Positions 37,909 to 51,693 of a stretch of 64,000 nucleotides of DNA are shown piece after piece. The DNA comes from Podarcis liolepis (lineage: Eukaryota): assembly GCA_965112155.1 (NCBI GenBank), contig OZ218107.1. One strand, written 5' to 3'. Positions within the stretch are counted from its first letter, which is position 1; every line of letters starts with the position of its first letter. Both the position numbers and the translations under genes were made by a program. The notes beneath the pieces were generated by a model that ran no database searches, was not told where the DNA came from, and worked only from the letters and a program-made list of their open reading frames with translations.

Positions 37909-38560
37909 CACAAGGATTTAAAAGGTTTGGATTGAGAGGGGATTTCATTCGGTGAAAGAGACAATGGGGGAGGGGAGCCCACAGTTTGCTTATATCCAAG
38001 TTTTTCTCTGCATTTATGATACTGCGTGCCTGCACTGGTATGCAAGGGGTGTTTTTGTGTGTGTTTTTTAAATCTGTACAAGTGAGGAGGGAAGAAATTG
38101 GAATATAAATATGGAATTTGACAAAACTGGAACTGTGTATATGAGAGAAAGGAACTGAGAGGGAAGAGAGTGGGGAATGCTACACTTTGAAAATATGGAG
38201 CAAAGTTCTCCTTAACCTCCATTATCCAAAAAGGAATGTGTTTGAGATAAGGACAATTGTCCATAAGTCAGCGGCAGGGAGGAAAGGAGTCTACCAGCTG
38301 CAGGAATAGAAGTTTTTGGATTAACTATTTGCAGTCTGGATTCAGACTGTTCTTCCTAGGCTGGTAAAATGGCGAAGACAGCTTGTTTATTGGAAGCCAA
38401 ATCATGGGACAAAGTGATGCAGTGACTTTTGAATAACCGCTTTTCCCAAGGCATGACGGGAACCATCAACAGTTGTAGGAATGAAGGATATAACATCATA
38501 TATGGATGGGAAAACATCATGGGGGGGAAACTGTCACTGCAGGAAAGAATAAGGATTACA

Positions 38561-38721
38561 GTGTGTTTTTACATGAGTAGAATGAGTGCTTTTATTTAAA
38601 ATGCATCTCTGGGTTATTTGTGGGGCATAGGAATTTGTTCATTTTCCCCCTTCAAAATATAGTCCAGAAGATCTGAGGGACAGTGGACCGGCCCCCTGCT
38701 GGAAAAGTTTGCTGACCCCTG
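38561..38721 (-). mobile_element. hAT (Charlie-type) MITE fragment
   Basis: Reverse complement of the left part of 58867-59101. Confidence 0.8.
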
Positions 38722-39601
38722 GCTTAGATGCATGGGTAATACACTTGTATTTATTCAACGCACACATAGGCACAGCCAGCTAGTCAACAAGAGTTTACAG
38801 CGATCTCTGGGACCACTTCTATTGATAGTGGCTGCCAGGCTTGGACTCTGCGTTTTCTGGAGGAGAGCCTTCCTGAGCCAGCAGGTAGCTCAGGTAAATG
38901 CTGCTTGTTCTGATCTAATGATACTGATCTAATGATGCTTGTGCAAATGTCACAAGATTTGGAAATTCTAGAAAATCAAAGATTATATAAATAAAGGCTT
39001 TTTGTGACCAGGTGAGAAGTTTCAGTACGGGTTGCAGCCCAAACAATATAATTATGAAGTACCTTATTGAATCAGACGAAAGGTCCATCTAAGCTAGCAT
39101 TCAATTCCAACAGCAGCCATGCAGAGGCCTATGGAGAGCCCAAATCTTAAATAATTAGCAACCAACTATTTTACAATATTTAGTTATTATTAGAACACAC
39201 ATGCAGTTCCACAGAACTAGCTTTCTTAAAGAAAGCAGTGCTCTGATTTCAACAACAGTAGAGCAGACAAATGTTACGAAATTATTCAGGTGCTGTACAT
39301 TAAATACTCTTTACAGACATCTTTCACAACTATTTGCAACATTTGCAGCACTACTAACCAAAGCAGTGTATTATTTTATGATCATATGCCATCCATAAAA
39401 TTCCTATAAAAGAATTTATTTGTAACTGATAGCAGCTAAAAGGAGTTTGGGAAAAAATGCACGGTTCTTTTATTACTATTAACATTATTCCTGTTCAAGT
39501 TAAATATTTTGAATTTATATTTGCAACATGAAATGACAACAAATGTTGAGTGGCTAAGGCAAGTTTTGTTTGATTTCAGGAATCAAAATATTTCAAATAA
39601 T

Positions 39602-39673
39602 GCACTACTCATCCTGGCAATACCTGAGCTCAGCATCATCCACTGTGATCTTAAGCCTGAGAACATACTGTTG
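39602..39673 (+). pseudogene. Isolated 72-bp fragment of a class-1 DYRK (DYRK1A/DYRK1B) kinase catalytic loop
   Basis: Reads [24 protein letters not shown] versus recalled DYRK1A/B [24 protein letters not shown] (22/24). The downstream CNPKRSAIKIVDFG is absent. Confidence 0.85.
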
Positions 39674-40680
39674 CTGGTTATTGCTCTTAGGAAGTGCTCT
39701 TGGGACTGAGATCAACCCTTTAGGAATAATTAATGTAAGGGTGCACAATATTTCCATCCCACTGGTTTGAATAATATCCTGCTAGTTCCTTCTGGTTTTC
39801 TTATTTTTCAGAGTTTTGAGTTGAGTAAGGGTGGGTGGTGGTACATATTTTCTGTGAAGAAATCTATGGTTATGTTCACTTTGTAATTCACTACACTCGT
39901 TTGGGGGCTTGTAATTATATTTTATTAATAGAAAAAAACAAATAAATAACATGCTGAGGTGGAAAGGAGTCTCAGTGCTTCTAAATTACACTAAGAACAG
40001 TGAAACCATGGGAATATATTATTTCTTTAACTTGGTGCCCAAATGTTCCTTTGTACAATTTCACACCATTATAAACAGGGAAAATAAAAGACATCCATCA
40101 CACTCATTGGAAAACGTTTTGCTGAGATCCAAACCAACGTATTGTGCGGTATCATGATATTACACTTCATGATTTCAGGATCATCTTTTTCAACCTGTGA
40201 CTCACTGACTGGTGAAAATCTCACAGATTAGTTCCTTGTGGAACCAAGTGCAAGCGTCTTGTGGTTGGCTAGAAAGTTCCATTCCATCTTTCTTTAAGCA
40301 ATGAAGATGCATCCATTCCTAAGAAAGAAATCCCTGTCATACTCTACTGCTGCTTTATGGGAGAGGTTGTGTGAGCTACTGAATCTCTTTCACATTCTTC
40401 AGCTGGGCTCTCAGTAGTTTCAGTATACTTAAAAAGAATAATATACCCCCTAACACAGAATTGAGATACTGGGTAATGGGCTTAACTCTGAACATGCAGA
40501 AGTTCTTTCTCTCCACTACTCAGCCCAGAACATTATGCATGACTGCTGCTCTAGGTTTGTACACATGTGTACACATGTGCACATGCATGTGTGTTTGGCC
40601 TGTGTTGTGGCTCTTCTAGGAAACTCATTTCAGAGTGGTCATACATGGAAATTCAGAACACAGTAAACCTACTAGCCGCG

Positions 40681-41095
40681 TGTTGCTGAGCCAGTACTAC
40701 CAGACAGTCAGGGGCAGCAGGAAGATCCTAGGCCAACAGGAGCCCATGCCTAAGTAACAGGGCACAAGGTCAAGCGCTTCTCTCAAAGGGGTCAAGAGCT
40801 AGAAGGAATCCCTCAGCTGCAGGGCTATAAAAGCCCATGCCTGGCTGCAGCCTAGAGCGGAGGCTTAGGATACCTTAGCAGCTGCTCATAGTGCCTTGCA
40901 TCCAGCCTCTACCTGGAAAGAGCTAACCAGGGTCCTGAACTCCTGCAACTAATCTGTTAAGTCACACCAGCAATGGGCTCTTTTGGGATATTCCAAATGT
41001 TAAAGTTTGTTTTCATTGCTTTTACAAGGAACAGCCTATGGTTCATAATACTGAGGATCAGCGTCCTTGTGGCTTCCATTCTGCTGGAATTCACG
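40681..41095 (+). mobile_element. Possible old solo LTR
   Basis: Starts TGTTGC, TATAAAA at ~40826, GTTAAA near the 3' end, compositional contrast with flanks; no TSD verified. Confidence 0.3.
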
Positions 41096-41435
41096 AAGTA
41101 TCATTTGTAGGGCATATTTATTACACAATGCCAAACTGCAAATTCCATGAGAGAGAAACTGTTTTTAAAATTATTATTATTTCCTAAAAGCAACCGCAAA
41201 TCACCATTCGCAGGGTGGGGAGGTGGTTTGGCACAAATGCTATTAGGAATGGAGGGGGAAACACGTGGGTACCACATAAGCATTTTACATCCCCCCCTAC
41301 AGTTAATAGTTGCACCAGGAAGGAATGATTTGTATAAGGACAGCTTCAGCTCCAAATCCACAAGCCAAACTGTCTACCCTATGGGTGCTTTTAAGAAAAT
41401 AGCCTATCAGAAATTTCTTTAGTAACGTGTAGTTA

Positions 41436-41806
41436 AAGGTAAAGGTAAAGGTACCCCTGCCCGTACAGGCCAGTCGTGACCGACTCTGGCGTTGCGCGCC
41501 CATCTCACTTAAGAGGCCAGGGGCCAGCGCTGTCCGAAGACACTTCTGGGTCACGTGGCCAGCGTGACGAAGCTGCTCTGGCGAGCCAGCACCAGCGCAG
41601 CACACGGAAACACCGTTTACCTTCCCGCTATAAAGCGGTACCTATTTATCTACTTGCACTTAGGGGTGTTTTTGAACTGCTAGGTGGGCAGGAGCTGGGA
41701 CCGAAAGACGGGAGCACACCCCGCCGCAGGGATTCGAACTGCCGACCATGCGATCGGCAAGTCCTAGGCACTGAGGTTTTACCCACAGCGCCACCCGCGT
41801 CCCTGC
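41436..41806 (-). mobile_element. Sauria SINE (young, CpG-rich)
   Basis: (AAAGGT)n tail, tRNA head ending CCACCCGCGTCCC on forward strand; 12-bp TSD AACGTGTAGTTA. Confidence 0.92.
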
Positions 41807-44800
41807 AACGTGTAGTTAGGCCCCTAAAATATAATGTATTGTACAATATTTACTGCATTCAGCCAACAAGCAGTAAACTGCCTCCTGGGACTGAACTGGA
41901 GAGATACTGACTAGCCCAAGTCTAGCCTCCTGTTAGTACATGACTGAGTGGGAATGTCACTTTAGCTCACCTAAGCCCAAATCTAGCATTCAAAGTATCT
42001 CACTTTCAGTGACACTCGACTGAGTTACACACCACCACCTTCTTATTAATTCTTCTTCTACAAAAGGGAGAGCAGAACAGAATGGTGACAATTGCTTTTA
42101 TTACACTGCAACGTAATTACTTTAATAAAAGCACACAATTTGATATTGGTATTGTAAAACAAATTAAAATTTCCATCTTGCTCATCTAGCAAGTTCTCAC
42201 AATGGGTGACCTACATTTGAAAAATGCTTTTCAGTGGGTACACAGATTTTATTTGAAGCTATTATGGGCATGTCCCTCTCCATCTGTGACTGTATGGGGA
42301 GGGGTGGAATACACACTTGACAATCTGTTTACAGGACTAGGGAAACTGTATTATTAAGTATGCACAATAACAATGCATTAAGTTAAACATAGTGTAATTT
42401 TTCATCCATGTATCAGAATACAGATTGGTCACCATTTTCATAAGCCTGTGGGAATGGAAGCAATGTGAAGGACATACAAAATAAATGGCCTCTACCATTT
42501 ATGTTTTGGAGAAATCCTCCAAACATAACAGACTAAACTGATTCTGAGGACCTCATGCTACAGAGTTTTCACAGCAGACTTGAAGTACAAAGTACGGTTC
42601 CACTTAAACTCATGCCCCAAAGGATATCATTTATCTGGAAAAGGTATTTAAAAAAGGGTGACTAAGAGGGGGAAGAAAGGCTAAAGTTCTTGGGGATTTT
42701 TAGTTCAGGATAAAGATGAACTAGCTGGATTATCTGTATAATCCTGCTAAGGTGTAAGGTTAATTTTGCCATATATCTAGTGAAAATTGTGGCAGGACGT
42801 CGAGTTTTTCACATGTTCTCACACATCAATGAGTGGCTCCCAAATGGCTGAACATTCATATAAATGATCCAAACATATGGCAACATGTTACACAGAATCT
42901 CTCTCCCACTAGGATGTTGATTTTTGTGGGGGAAGACCCTGCAATCAGCCCTAGTCACATTTAAACATTCTCCCAGCTGCACAGGTGTATTCCTAGTGCC
43001 TGGGAGAACATGTAAACGTCACAATAATGGAAAAGTGGTCTATGTCATATTAACACATAGTCTTTTAAAATTCATTTTAGTGGTTAGGTTAACACAATAT
43101 GTAATCCCTACATTTCCACTTCTCCATTTTGTGGTTACAGCTGTCAACAGTGTTGATAAATCAAACACATCTTTAATTAGGTGCATTTCCCATTACGGCC
43201 TGTGGATTTATTGATCTCGCTTTTTCTAATAGCCCAGGAATCTGCATTAAAATGGATTCAGTTAAAAACAGCTCACTTACAAATTAGATATTTTACTCCC
43301 TGGATGAATGAATGTTTAAATCCAATCAATTCCAGCAATGTTTAATTGCTAAAGAACACAGATGAATTTTCTGCTAATAATGCTGATGTGACCATTCAAG
43401 AACTGCCTTTCTGGCAGATTTTGCCTAGCATGTCCAGCATAGCTCTGGATGCTAATAGACTACCCAGTCATGAGGATAGATAGTAGATTACTGCATGTAC
43501 AGAACTCTCTGTAATTTTCAGGCAGGTGATCTGGGAATTGAAATTGTAATAATTAACACTAATATGTTTTGCTCTCCCTCTGGCAAATAAGCGAAGCACA
43601 CCCCCGTGCGCACGCCTAACAGAATCAGTGATTAACTTAGCATTAGCTCTAGAAAAGTAACATTGCACTGATGACGCAGCTTGCTTTGTCTCTGAGAGTT
43701 TGAGGGCCCATAATAAGATGGGTTTAATAATAAAAAGCAGACACTGCATTGTACCTGGAGTATGACTATTGACAGTTACAATAAAAAAAAAACAAAAACA
43801 CCTGCCCACAGCACCTACAAAATCATTTGCTGGAATACACAACTCTATCAGTCTGTGTTTCTATGGCTCAAACTTGCACTTTTCTCATATCAGCAACAAC
43901 TTATTATTAATTTGAACTCATTTAACCAAACCTAAATAATTATGTTTCAAGTGTCAACCAATAGTATTTAGGATATGAAATACCAAATATTGTTCCCTTA
44001 GGGGCATTATCAGAAAATATCTGCATTGGTCAGGCATTGCAAGGATTTGTTTCATTTTATGCTAGAAGGGTATTAAATTTGGTCCTGGTTGGGCTTCCAC
44101 AGGAAGAGCTTTCTGCATACAAATACCACAAAAGGAAAAAAGCCCTTTCTAGGCATGGTCTACCTAAATTTAGAAGGCCAGGGATCTCAAACAAGGGCAT
44201 AAGATGAAAAGCATAATATTCAAGCAGGGAGAATGTTGCAGAAACATATCGAGGTATGATTAGGATCACAGTGCCAAACTGATTTTTTATTTTTATTTTC
44301 AGGACCTTGAACAGCTACATCATCAGCTTGCTTTTAAAAATTTATTGTTTCTCCCTGCATCAGGATGATGAACTCTTTCCTCGCTTATGCAAATTATATG
44401 GTTATTTTCCTGTAGAGCCTGGAGTCCTTAAATGCTTATTATCTCACCTTAGGTTTATTATCTCACCATGTGGGAAATGATCTAACCCTTAACCAGGGAA
44501 TGAGCCAAAAGAATCACAGAATTATAAGTAACCTCTCCTCTGGATATATCAGTTCATATTTAAAATTAGTATTTCCTATTTAGGAGTCAATAGCATTTGC
44601 TACAGAGGGTGACTTCTTGTTATAACAGATATAGCCAGATTCAGTTTTTACCTCCCCACGCTTCTGGTCATGTGCTCTCGGGAAAGGTTTAGATCTGTCT
44701 GGACAAATAATAATGATTTTGAGTGCTTTAAACATAAACTTGGTGTTTTTGCTTTCTCTTCCATTCCCTTCTTTAAAAATAAAAATGATAAAAAAGCAAA

Positions 44801-45628
44801 TGGCCACACAAACTGGTTTACGGTAATAACCTATACATGCCTACTGAAAAGTAAATTCCTTTGTGTTAAATGGGGCTCATCAAGTTAAAGGGTTTTTTTT
44901 TATGAAACAGCACCAGCATCTCTCAGGAATGTCTGATTGCTATTTAACTGCAAACATCAGATTCATTGTTTGTTTGTTTGAGGCATTTATATATCACTTA
45001 ATCATTAACGTTTATAAAAATAAATCATACGAAGTATAAAACTCACAGTTGTGTCAAGTGCTGGGAAGAAGGGTAGAAGAGGGAGTGTGATTTCCAGGTC
45101 AGCAAGACTAAAGTTTCCCTTCCTTTGTCATGTGAGAATGGCGTGACAGGAGCAGGTTGTTCTTCCTTGTGGCCACCACACCAGCCCAGGCTGGGCTGTA
45201 GTCTCCCAAAACTCTCCTGAAGGATGCCAGTGTGAGGCAATATTCTGCAGCAATAAGTCTTTTGTTTGTGGCCACCCTCTTTTGGAAGCTGTGGCTCTGC
45301 AGACTAACCAAAAGTTGGGCTCTTCAAAGTCCTGTTCCAGGGAACTTCTCAGACTCCCTTTTTAGTGTCACTCTTCTCTGCAAAGGGTGTGTCTAGAAGC
45401 TCTAATATACAGCCAAGCTACAACAGGGATCTTGAAACCTTGGTTACCAAAACCTACCATTTGGAACTAAGGTCCCTCTTGTATCCATCATCTGTCGTGT
45501 GTATATATTATACAATTTTACAAAATTGATAATAAATGGAGAAACAGTATTTTGTGTATTTTAGGGAAATTTCATGGAAGATGAGTCAGTTTATGAAGTC
45601 TACCCAAATGGATCACAGAAGTCATATA

Positions 45629-45846
45629 CAGTGGTACCTTAGGTTACAGACGCTTCAGGTTACAGACTCTGCTAACCCAGAAATAGTACCTCAGGTTAAG
45701 AACTTTGCTTCAGGATGAGAACAGAAATTGCGTGGTGGCGGCAGTGGGAGGCCCCATTAGCTAAAGTGGTGCTTCAGGTTAAGAACAGTTTCAGGTTAAG
45801 AACGGACCTCCAGAATGAATTAAGTTCTTAACCAGAGGAACCACTG
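45629..45846. mobile_element. Tigger-like MITE
   Basis: CAGTGGTACC..ACCACTG with TA flanks; same family as 18932, 52749, 61290. Confidence 0.88.
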
Positions 45847-46280
45847 TAAATAGTTCAATAGAAGTTGTGAAGTAAAATGTTGTTTCCTTCACTGTTTGCA
45901 TTTAGGAAGGTAGTTAAAACCTCAGGATCCTGAGCTTTCCTATATATTTTTACTTTAAGGTTTTCCTTTCTCTCTTTGTGTTTTAGTGAATTTCACTCTG
46001 TTCTTTTTAGGGATGAAGAGTGGGATATAAATGATTTAAACCAAATAAATTTACATTTCGAAGTTTGATTGGTTAACAAAGTCCATATAAGGGTTGACTT
46101 GTGCTCTAGGCATACTGGGCCTTACCCACAAGATTAGGAAATGTGAATGTATCTTTCATAAAGTCACTGAAAATAGGTGGTTAGACTAATTATGTGACCT
46201 TTTGGTAATATATTACCCCACTGCCTCAGTTTCTAGCATATAGAACTGTCATATAAAAAACAATAATAGCAAACAAGATA

Positions 46281-46775
46281 TAGTAGCACCTTGGTTCTCA
46301 AACGCCTTGGTTCTCAAACAACTTGGAACCCAAACCCTGCAAACCTGGAAATAAGTGTTCCAGTTTGCGAACATTTATTGGAAGCCGAATGTGCTCCGTT
46401 TTGAGTGTTACACTTCCAATTTGAGTGCCACATTTCCGTTTTGAGTGTTACACTGAGGTCTGTCTGTTTTTGCAATTTATTTTGTGTTTTTGTTTTTGCG
46501 GCTGTTTTGTTTTGTTTTCGTGACTGTGTGGAACCCAGTTCAGCTTCTGATTGATTGATTGTGTGACTGCAGTACATTGCTTATTGCTTTCATTTTATGG
46601 AGCAGTGGTCTCATTAGATAGTGAAATTCATGCTAAATTGTTGTTTTTAAAAGTCTGGAATGGATTAATCAATTTTGCATAACTTTCTATGGGAAAGCGT
46701 GCCTTGGTTTTAGAACGCTTTGGTTTTGGAACGGACTTCTAGAACAGATTAAGTTTGAGAACCAAGGTACCACTG
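46281..46775. mobile_element. Tigger-like MITE, longer subfamily
   Basis: TAGTAGCACCTTGGTTCTCAAAC / GTTTGAGAACCAAGGTACCACTG inverted ends; TA flanks. Confidence 0.85.
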
Positions 46776-46967
46776 TACAGGTTTCATATTTATTACATCA
46801 TTTTTAGTCCTAATTATTTTCACTCAAGATTTTATAAACATGAATATTATAGAAATTGTTATTATTATTAATTATTATTCAATGAAATAAAAGATAAATA
46901 AGGCAGATTTCCCCACTAACTGGGCCTTTGCCTGGTTGTCAGGTATGACGTTAGAAGATTAAGTCTT

Positions 46968-46972
<5 letters not shown>

Positions 46973-47030
<58 letters not shown>
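46973..47030. repeat. (TA)n microsatellite
   Basis: Direct reading. Confidence 0.95.
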
Positions 47031-47033
<3 letters not shown>

Positions 47034-47274
47034 TCTAAGGGCACCATCTCACATAAACAGAAACCCTTTTTGACATACATGTCAACATTTCTAAAATCAT
47101 ATTTCACTGGAACTCTGAAGCTACTGAAAGGACAAACTTCAGTCAGGGCTTAGGTTTGTCCCATTAACTCTTTAGATATTAAATATTCAGAAAACAAAAC
47201 TATTATTTATGTAGTTAAGCTATGTAATAACAAAAACCAACATTATTATGTTACTGTGTTCTGAAAAATGGGTA

Positions 47275-47651
47275 AAAAAAAAAAAAAGGTAAAGGATCCC
47301 TGGCAGTTAAGTCCAGTAGCAGACGAGACTGGGGTTGTGGCACTCATCTTGCTTTACAGGCTGAGGGAGCCAGTGTTTATCCACAGACAGTTTTTCCGGG
47401 TCACGTGGCCAGCATGACTAAGCCGCTTCTGGCGAACCAGAGCAGCGCACGGAAACGCCGTTTACCTTCCCGCCAGAGTGGTACCTATTTATCTACTTGC
47501 ACTTTTTGGCGTGCTTTCAAACTGCTAGGTTGGCAGGAGCTGGGACTGAGCAACAGGAGCTCACCCCGTCGCGGGGATTCGAACCACTGACCTTCTGATC
47601 AGCAAGCCCAAGAGGCTCAGTGGTTTAGACCACTGCACCACCCGCGTCCCT
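47275..47651 (-). mobile_element. Sauria SINE
   Basis: Same family as 41436; TSD TGAAAAATGGGTA / TGAAAAGTGGGTA. Confidence 0.9.
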
Positions 47652-49507
47652 TGAAAAGTGGGTACTTTGGCCTTAAAAACAACAAGTAATGACATTCATT
47701 GAAAGGGGGGAAGCCCTTAAGTATGATCTGGAAGATTTCATAGTGAAATATATTTGATTAAGTTAATCCAAAATTGTCTGCAAATTGCCTACGTGAGGCT
47801 AGTGACCTCATCTCATCTGTGGTCTTCACTCTGAAACCTTTCCAAGTTTCTGCACTTCAATTAAATCCCAGGGAAAGACATTATGAGGCAAGTCTTACAG
47901 GGCTTTTTCAGATCAGGAGGTTCAGGCAGCCAGTGAGACTTCAGAGTGCTGGAGATATGTTTACTGGAAAGAAAAAAAACCACATACCATCCTCCGATAC
48001 CTGCATCAAGGAGGTTAGCTCAGAACTGTGCACCTGTTGAAATTCTTGTGAAATTCTCAAGTGCCCTGAGAACAAGGCAGAAAAATGGAATGCTTTTTCA
48101 CATCACGGTGGATGGAAACCTCTGAGAAACCGAAGGACAGATTTTAACACAGGACTAGTTAAAAAGGTGCTTGCAGTATAAGCCAGATCATTTGTGCGCC
48201 ATTAGCATTATGATATTTAAAATGCAAGGTACTATAGACTCATAGAATAGTCAATTGCAATAGGATTTCGATGCCCAGACCTATTAGGACCCTTTAAAAA
48301 AGCCCCGCTCTTGAGACACAGGGCCATTAGAAAGAAAAGTGCCATGGGATTTTGGATATAATGAATGCAAATCCCACAAAGGTCTTTCCCTTCACTCCCA
48401 TTCCTTCACAGTTGAACAAACCGAAACATGAATGGATGCAATTATGATTACTGGCCTGCATAAAGCTGTGTGCCCTTAAACAAGGAAATTGGCAGCCCAT
48501 TCTAGTCCAGCTGGACAACGATGCAACAGCCTTGTTATTTCTCCCAACTGCAGAGCAAAATTACTTGGCCGCTGGATTCAGAAAAAGCAACTTTACATTT
48601 ACCAAGAGTGACGTCACTTTCCTTACTTGATTAGAAATGATTTGCTATTAGAAGTGCAGCTCCACTCGTACATTCATCCTCTACTGACTGTGATGCAAGC
48701 CTTTAAGGAAAGAGTTTATCCAAAACCACACCATTCACATTTGTATGTAAGGATGCTCTCTATAACACAAAGTAGTCCAATTAGGCAACCATGCGAGGAA
48801 CAAACCTTTCCTAGTCCCTCTAGTCTACTGCATAGTTGAGAGAATACAAATGATACTGCATTCCTCTTTAGAGACACACATGCAGCCATTTCTAATCCAC
48901 CGGAAGCAGCTCTTTCTCACTGGGGTTGCACAGAAGAGCAATTAGGAGCCAGTCTTAACATCAGGGGTGGGGAACCTGGGAACCAGGGGCCAAATGTGGC
49001 CCTCCAAGCACCTCTATCTGGCCCTTAGGACTCTCCCCACAGCCCATTTCTTCACTAGCTCTGCTTCACTGCCCTTGAGTGTTTTTGCCTGGCCTTGAAC
49101 TCTGATAATGGCTCTTGCTTGCCTAGACAGGTGTTAAAGAAGGGTGTGTGAACGTGTCTAGAAACCAGCCTACTGTATATCTTTCTCTCTTCATGTGCAC
49201 TTTTTGTTACTAATTATTTCATGGCTCTGGGGGAAAGGGTGAGCGTCTTGTCCACTATATCCTGTGCTATCCTGGAATTATTTATCAATGTTGCTGTTTC
49301 TCTAAATAATTCAGGACAGCACATCCCAATTTATCCTCACAACAAATCTGCAAGGTAGGTTAGGATGAGTATGTCTGAGTGACTCAAGCAGGGGTCTGAA
49401 CCCAGGCGCCTCTGGTACAAGGCCAACATTTTATACATGACTCTGCATTGATTCCAATTTGGTACATTCCTTTGTGGATTATGATACCAATATAACCAAG
49501 AGAGGTA

Positions 49508-50244
49508 CCGTATTTTTCGCTCTATAACACGCACCCGACCATAACACGTATATAGTTTTTAGAGGAGGAAAACAAGAAAAAAAATATATTCTAAACGAAA
49601 CAGTGGATGTATGTTTTTTGTGGTTCATGCTGTGGCCACAGACATGTGATCTGACGGTGAGTTTGGGGTAGCCCAATGCAAAAATCCTGAGGATCCATGT
49701 GGATCCATGCTTTGTAACCACATTTTTGCACCACTGGCCCCGGGCAACAGTGGGTGCGTGATTTTTTTGGTGCAAGCTGTAGCCATGGACATGCTATGTG
49801 ATCTGATGGTGAATTTGGGGTGACCCAGTGCAAAAATCCTGAGGATCCATGTGGATCCATGCCTTGTAACCACGTTTTAAGTGGGGAGGGAAGGAAAAGC
49901 ACTCAAGGGACAAGGAACACGGATAGGGTGGGTGGAGAAGGATGCTGTTAATAATGCAGAGAAGGGTAAAAGAGGAGAAGGCTCCTCTCCTCTCCTGCTT
50001 TGCTCCTTTAAAGCAAGCAGGCTCTCTGTCCTTCTCCTCCCCCCCCCCACTCAGCGGCTCTTCTCCCGCTTTGCTGTTTCAAAGCAAGCCACGGAGAAGG
50101 GAAGGAAGGGGAACCATGGATCCTTTGCTCACAACTGCAGCAGAACCCCCCACCATCTGTAGGCATTCCCTCCATAACACGCACAGACATTTCCCCTTAC
50201 TTTCTAGGAGGAAAAAAGTGAGTGTTATGGTGCAAAAAATACGG
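49508..50244. mobile_element. Tc2/pogo-like non-autonomous Tc1/mariner element with ~131-bp internal tandem duplication
   Basis: TIR CCGTATTTTT / AAAAATACGG; TA TSD; duplicated block containing ggatccatgtggatcc. Confidence 0.85.
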
Positions 50245-51287
50245 TACTTGTTTTGATATACCCCAACTTTTCCTTTTGACTCTGGGTAACTTCCTCTGCT
50301 TTAGGAGCCGTGAAAACAAGGTTCCAAACAGAATGCCAGTCCACCAATGCCCTTCTAGAGATATGAATTGCTACTGCCAGAAATAAATAAAACGGCATTT
50401 TGACTGTCCAGTTGACTAGGTAACAAATAAATAATTAAATCTCTGAATAGTTTTAGTTGTGGTGCAATAGCCAAAAGAGCTTATCATAACTTCTGAGAAA
50501 AGAAAAATATATAATGTTACTTGACAGGCAGAAAAGGAACATATTAGCTGTGTAGCTACATTTCAAGAAAGGAAACGCTCAACAATGCCAGTTGCATCAT
50601 GACGGTGGGTGTGAAAAGCAGCCCCATGCCTAAAATTCTTAAAATAAAGAGACATTAATGAATATTCAAGATGAATTGTTTAGAAAGTGAAGAATGGTAA
50701 AATATGCAATAAAATTAAATGTATCATGCCTATGGATAGCAGCTGTGATAAGAAATAAAAATAACAAGAAATAAAGCAAACTTTGAGGCACCATGAAACT
50801 TGTACTTCAGCAAATAGGAGATTGATGGATTAAAGGGCTTTATGGAGTCTCTCGTTTGCAGCTAAATCCGAAGTGAAACACGAGAGAATTAGAGTAAAAA
50901 ATAAAAAGTCTGGAGGTTAGCATTTTTTTCAATGAGCAGAGTATTATGAGGATTCCCAAAGTGAGCATTTCTTTTGTTATATAAATTCTTGTTCACTGAG
51001 CTGATTTCCCGTTAGTAGACTGAACCATGGATTAGGTAAATTTGATCTGAAGAATGTTACTAATGAAACAAATAATCAGGAAAGGTTTTTTTTATTTGTT
51101 TATATAAAGCTTAGAGTGCAATGGGGGTTATACAGTTACAATGCCTTCCAGAAATGTGTGAAAAAGCAGAGATCATGGAACAAATCAAAGGTAGCTTTCA
51201 ATATATGCAAATTGAATTTAGAGGTTAGGAAAACTTTCCACTGTTTGAGTCACTTGAGCAAGAACATACATCTACATTATGTCTACA

Positions 51288-51693
51288 CAGAGGCGTACCA
51301 GGGGTGTCGAGCAATTTTGAGAGGGGGCGCAAACAGGCACTCCTAGGGCAAGGCTCCTTCGTTGGAGCCTGGCACCACGCCAGAAGGAGCTGCAGCTTGG
51401 CTGAGACACTCGTGCCTGGCGCAGCTCTGCTCACCCTTGGGTCAGGCCTGACCCAGGGGAGGAGAGCAGGCGGATGGGCGGAGCCTCCTTGGCCACGGTA
51501 CACCTCGCGCCTTGTGGCAGCACCTCCGCTGCTGGGTCAGGCCTGACCCTGCGGTGGAGAACAGGAGGTGAGTGGGCAGCAGCTTCCCCGCCCTTCTCCT
51601 ACCCTGAACTGTGGCTCCCTCTGCACCCCTCACCCCTCAGGGGTGCACCCCACGAGCCTGCCCTGGGCAGTGCGGGCATACACTCCACCGCTG
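51288..51693. mobile_element. GC-rich hAT MITE
   Basis: CAGAGGCGTA..CCGCTG ends; TSD TGTCTACA/TATCTACA (7/8); palindrome GGGTCAGGCCTGACCC occurs twice inside. Confidence 0.8.

Noticed and set aside
39509-39709. Functional DYRK1A/B exon
   Set aside because: Only 24 codons match; DFG and flanking motifs are absent, there is no donor site, and no other kinase exons are present.
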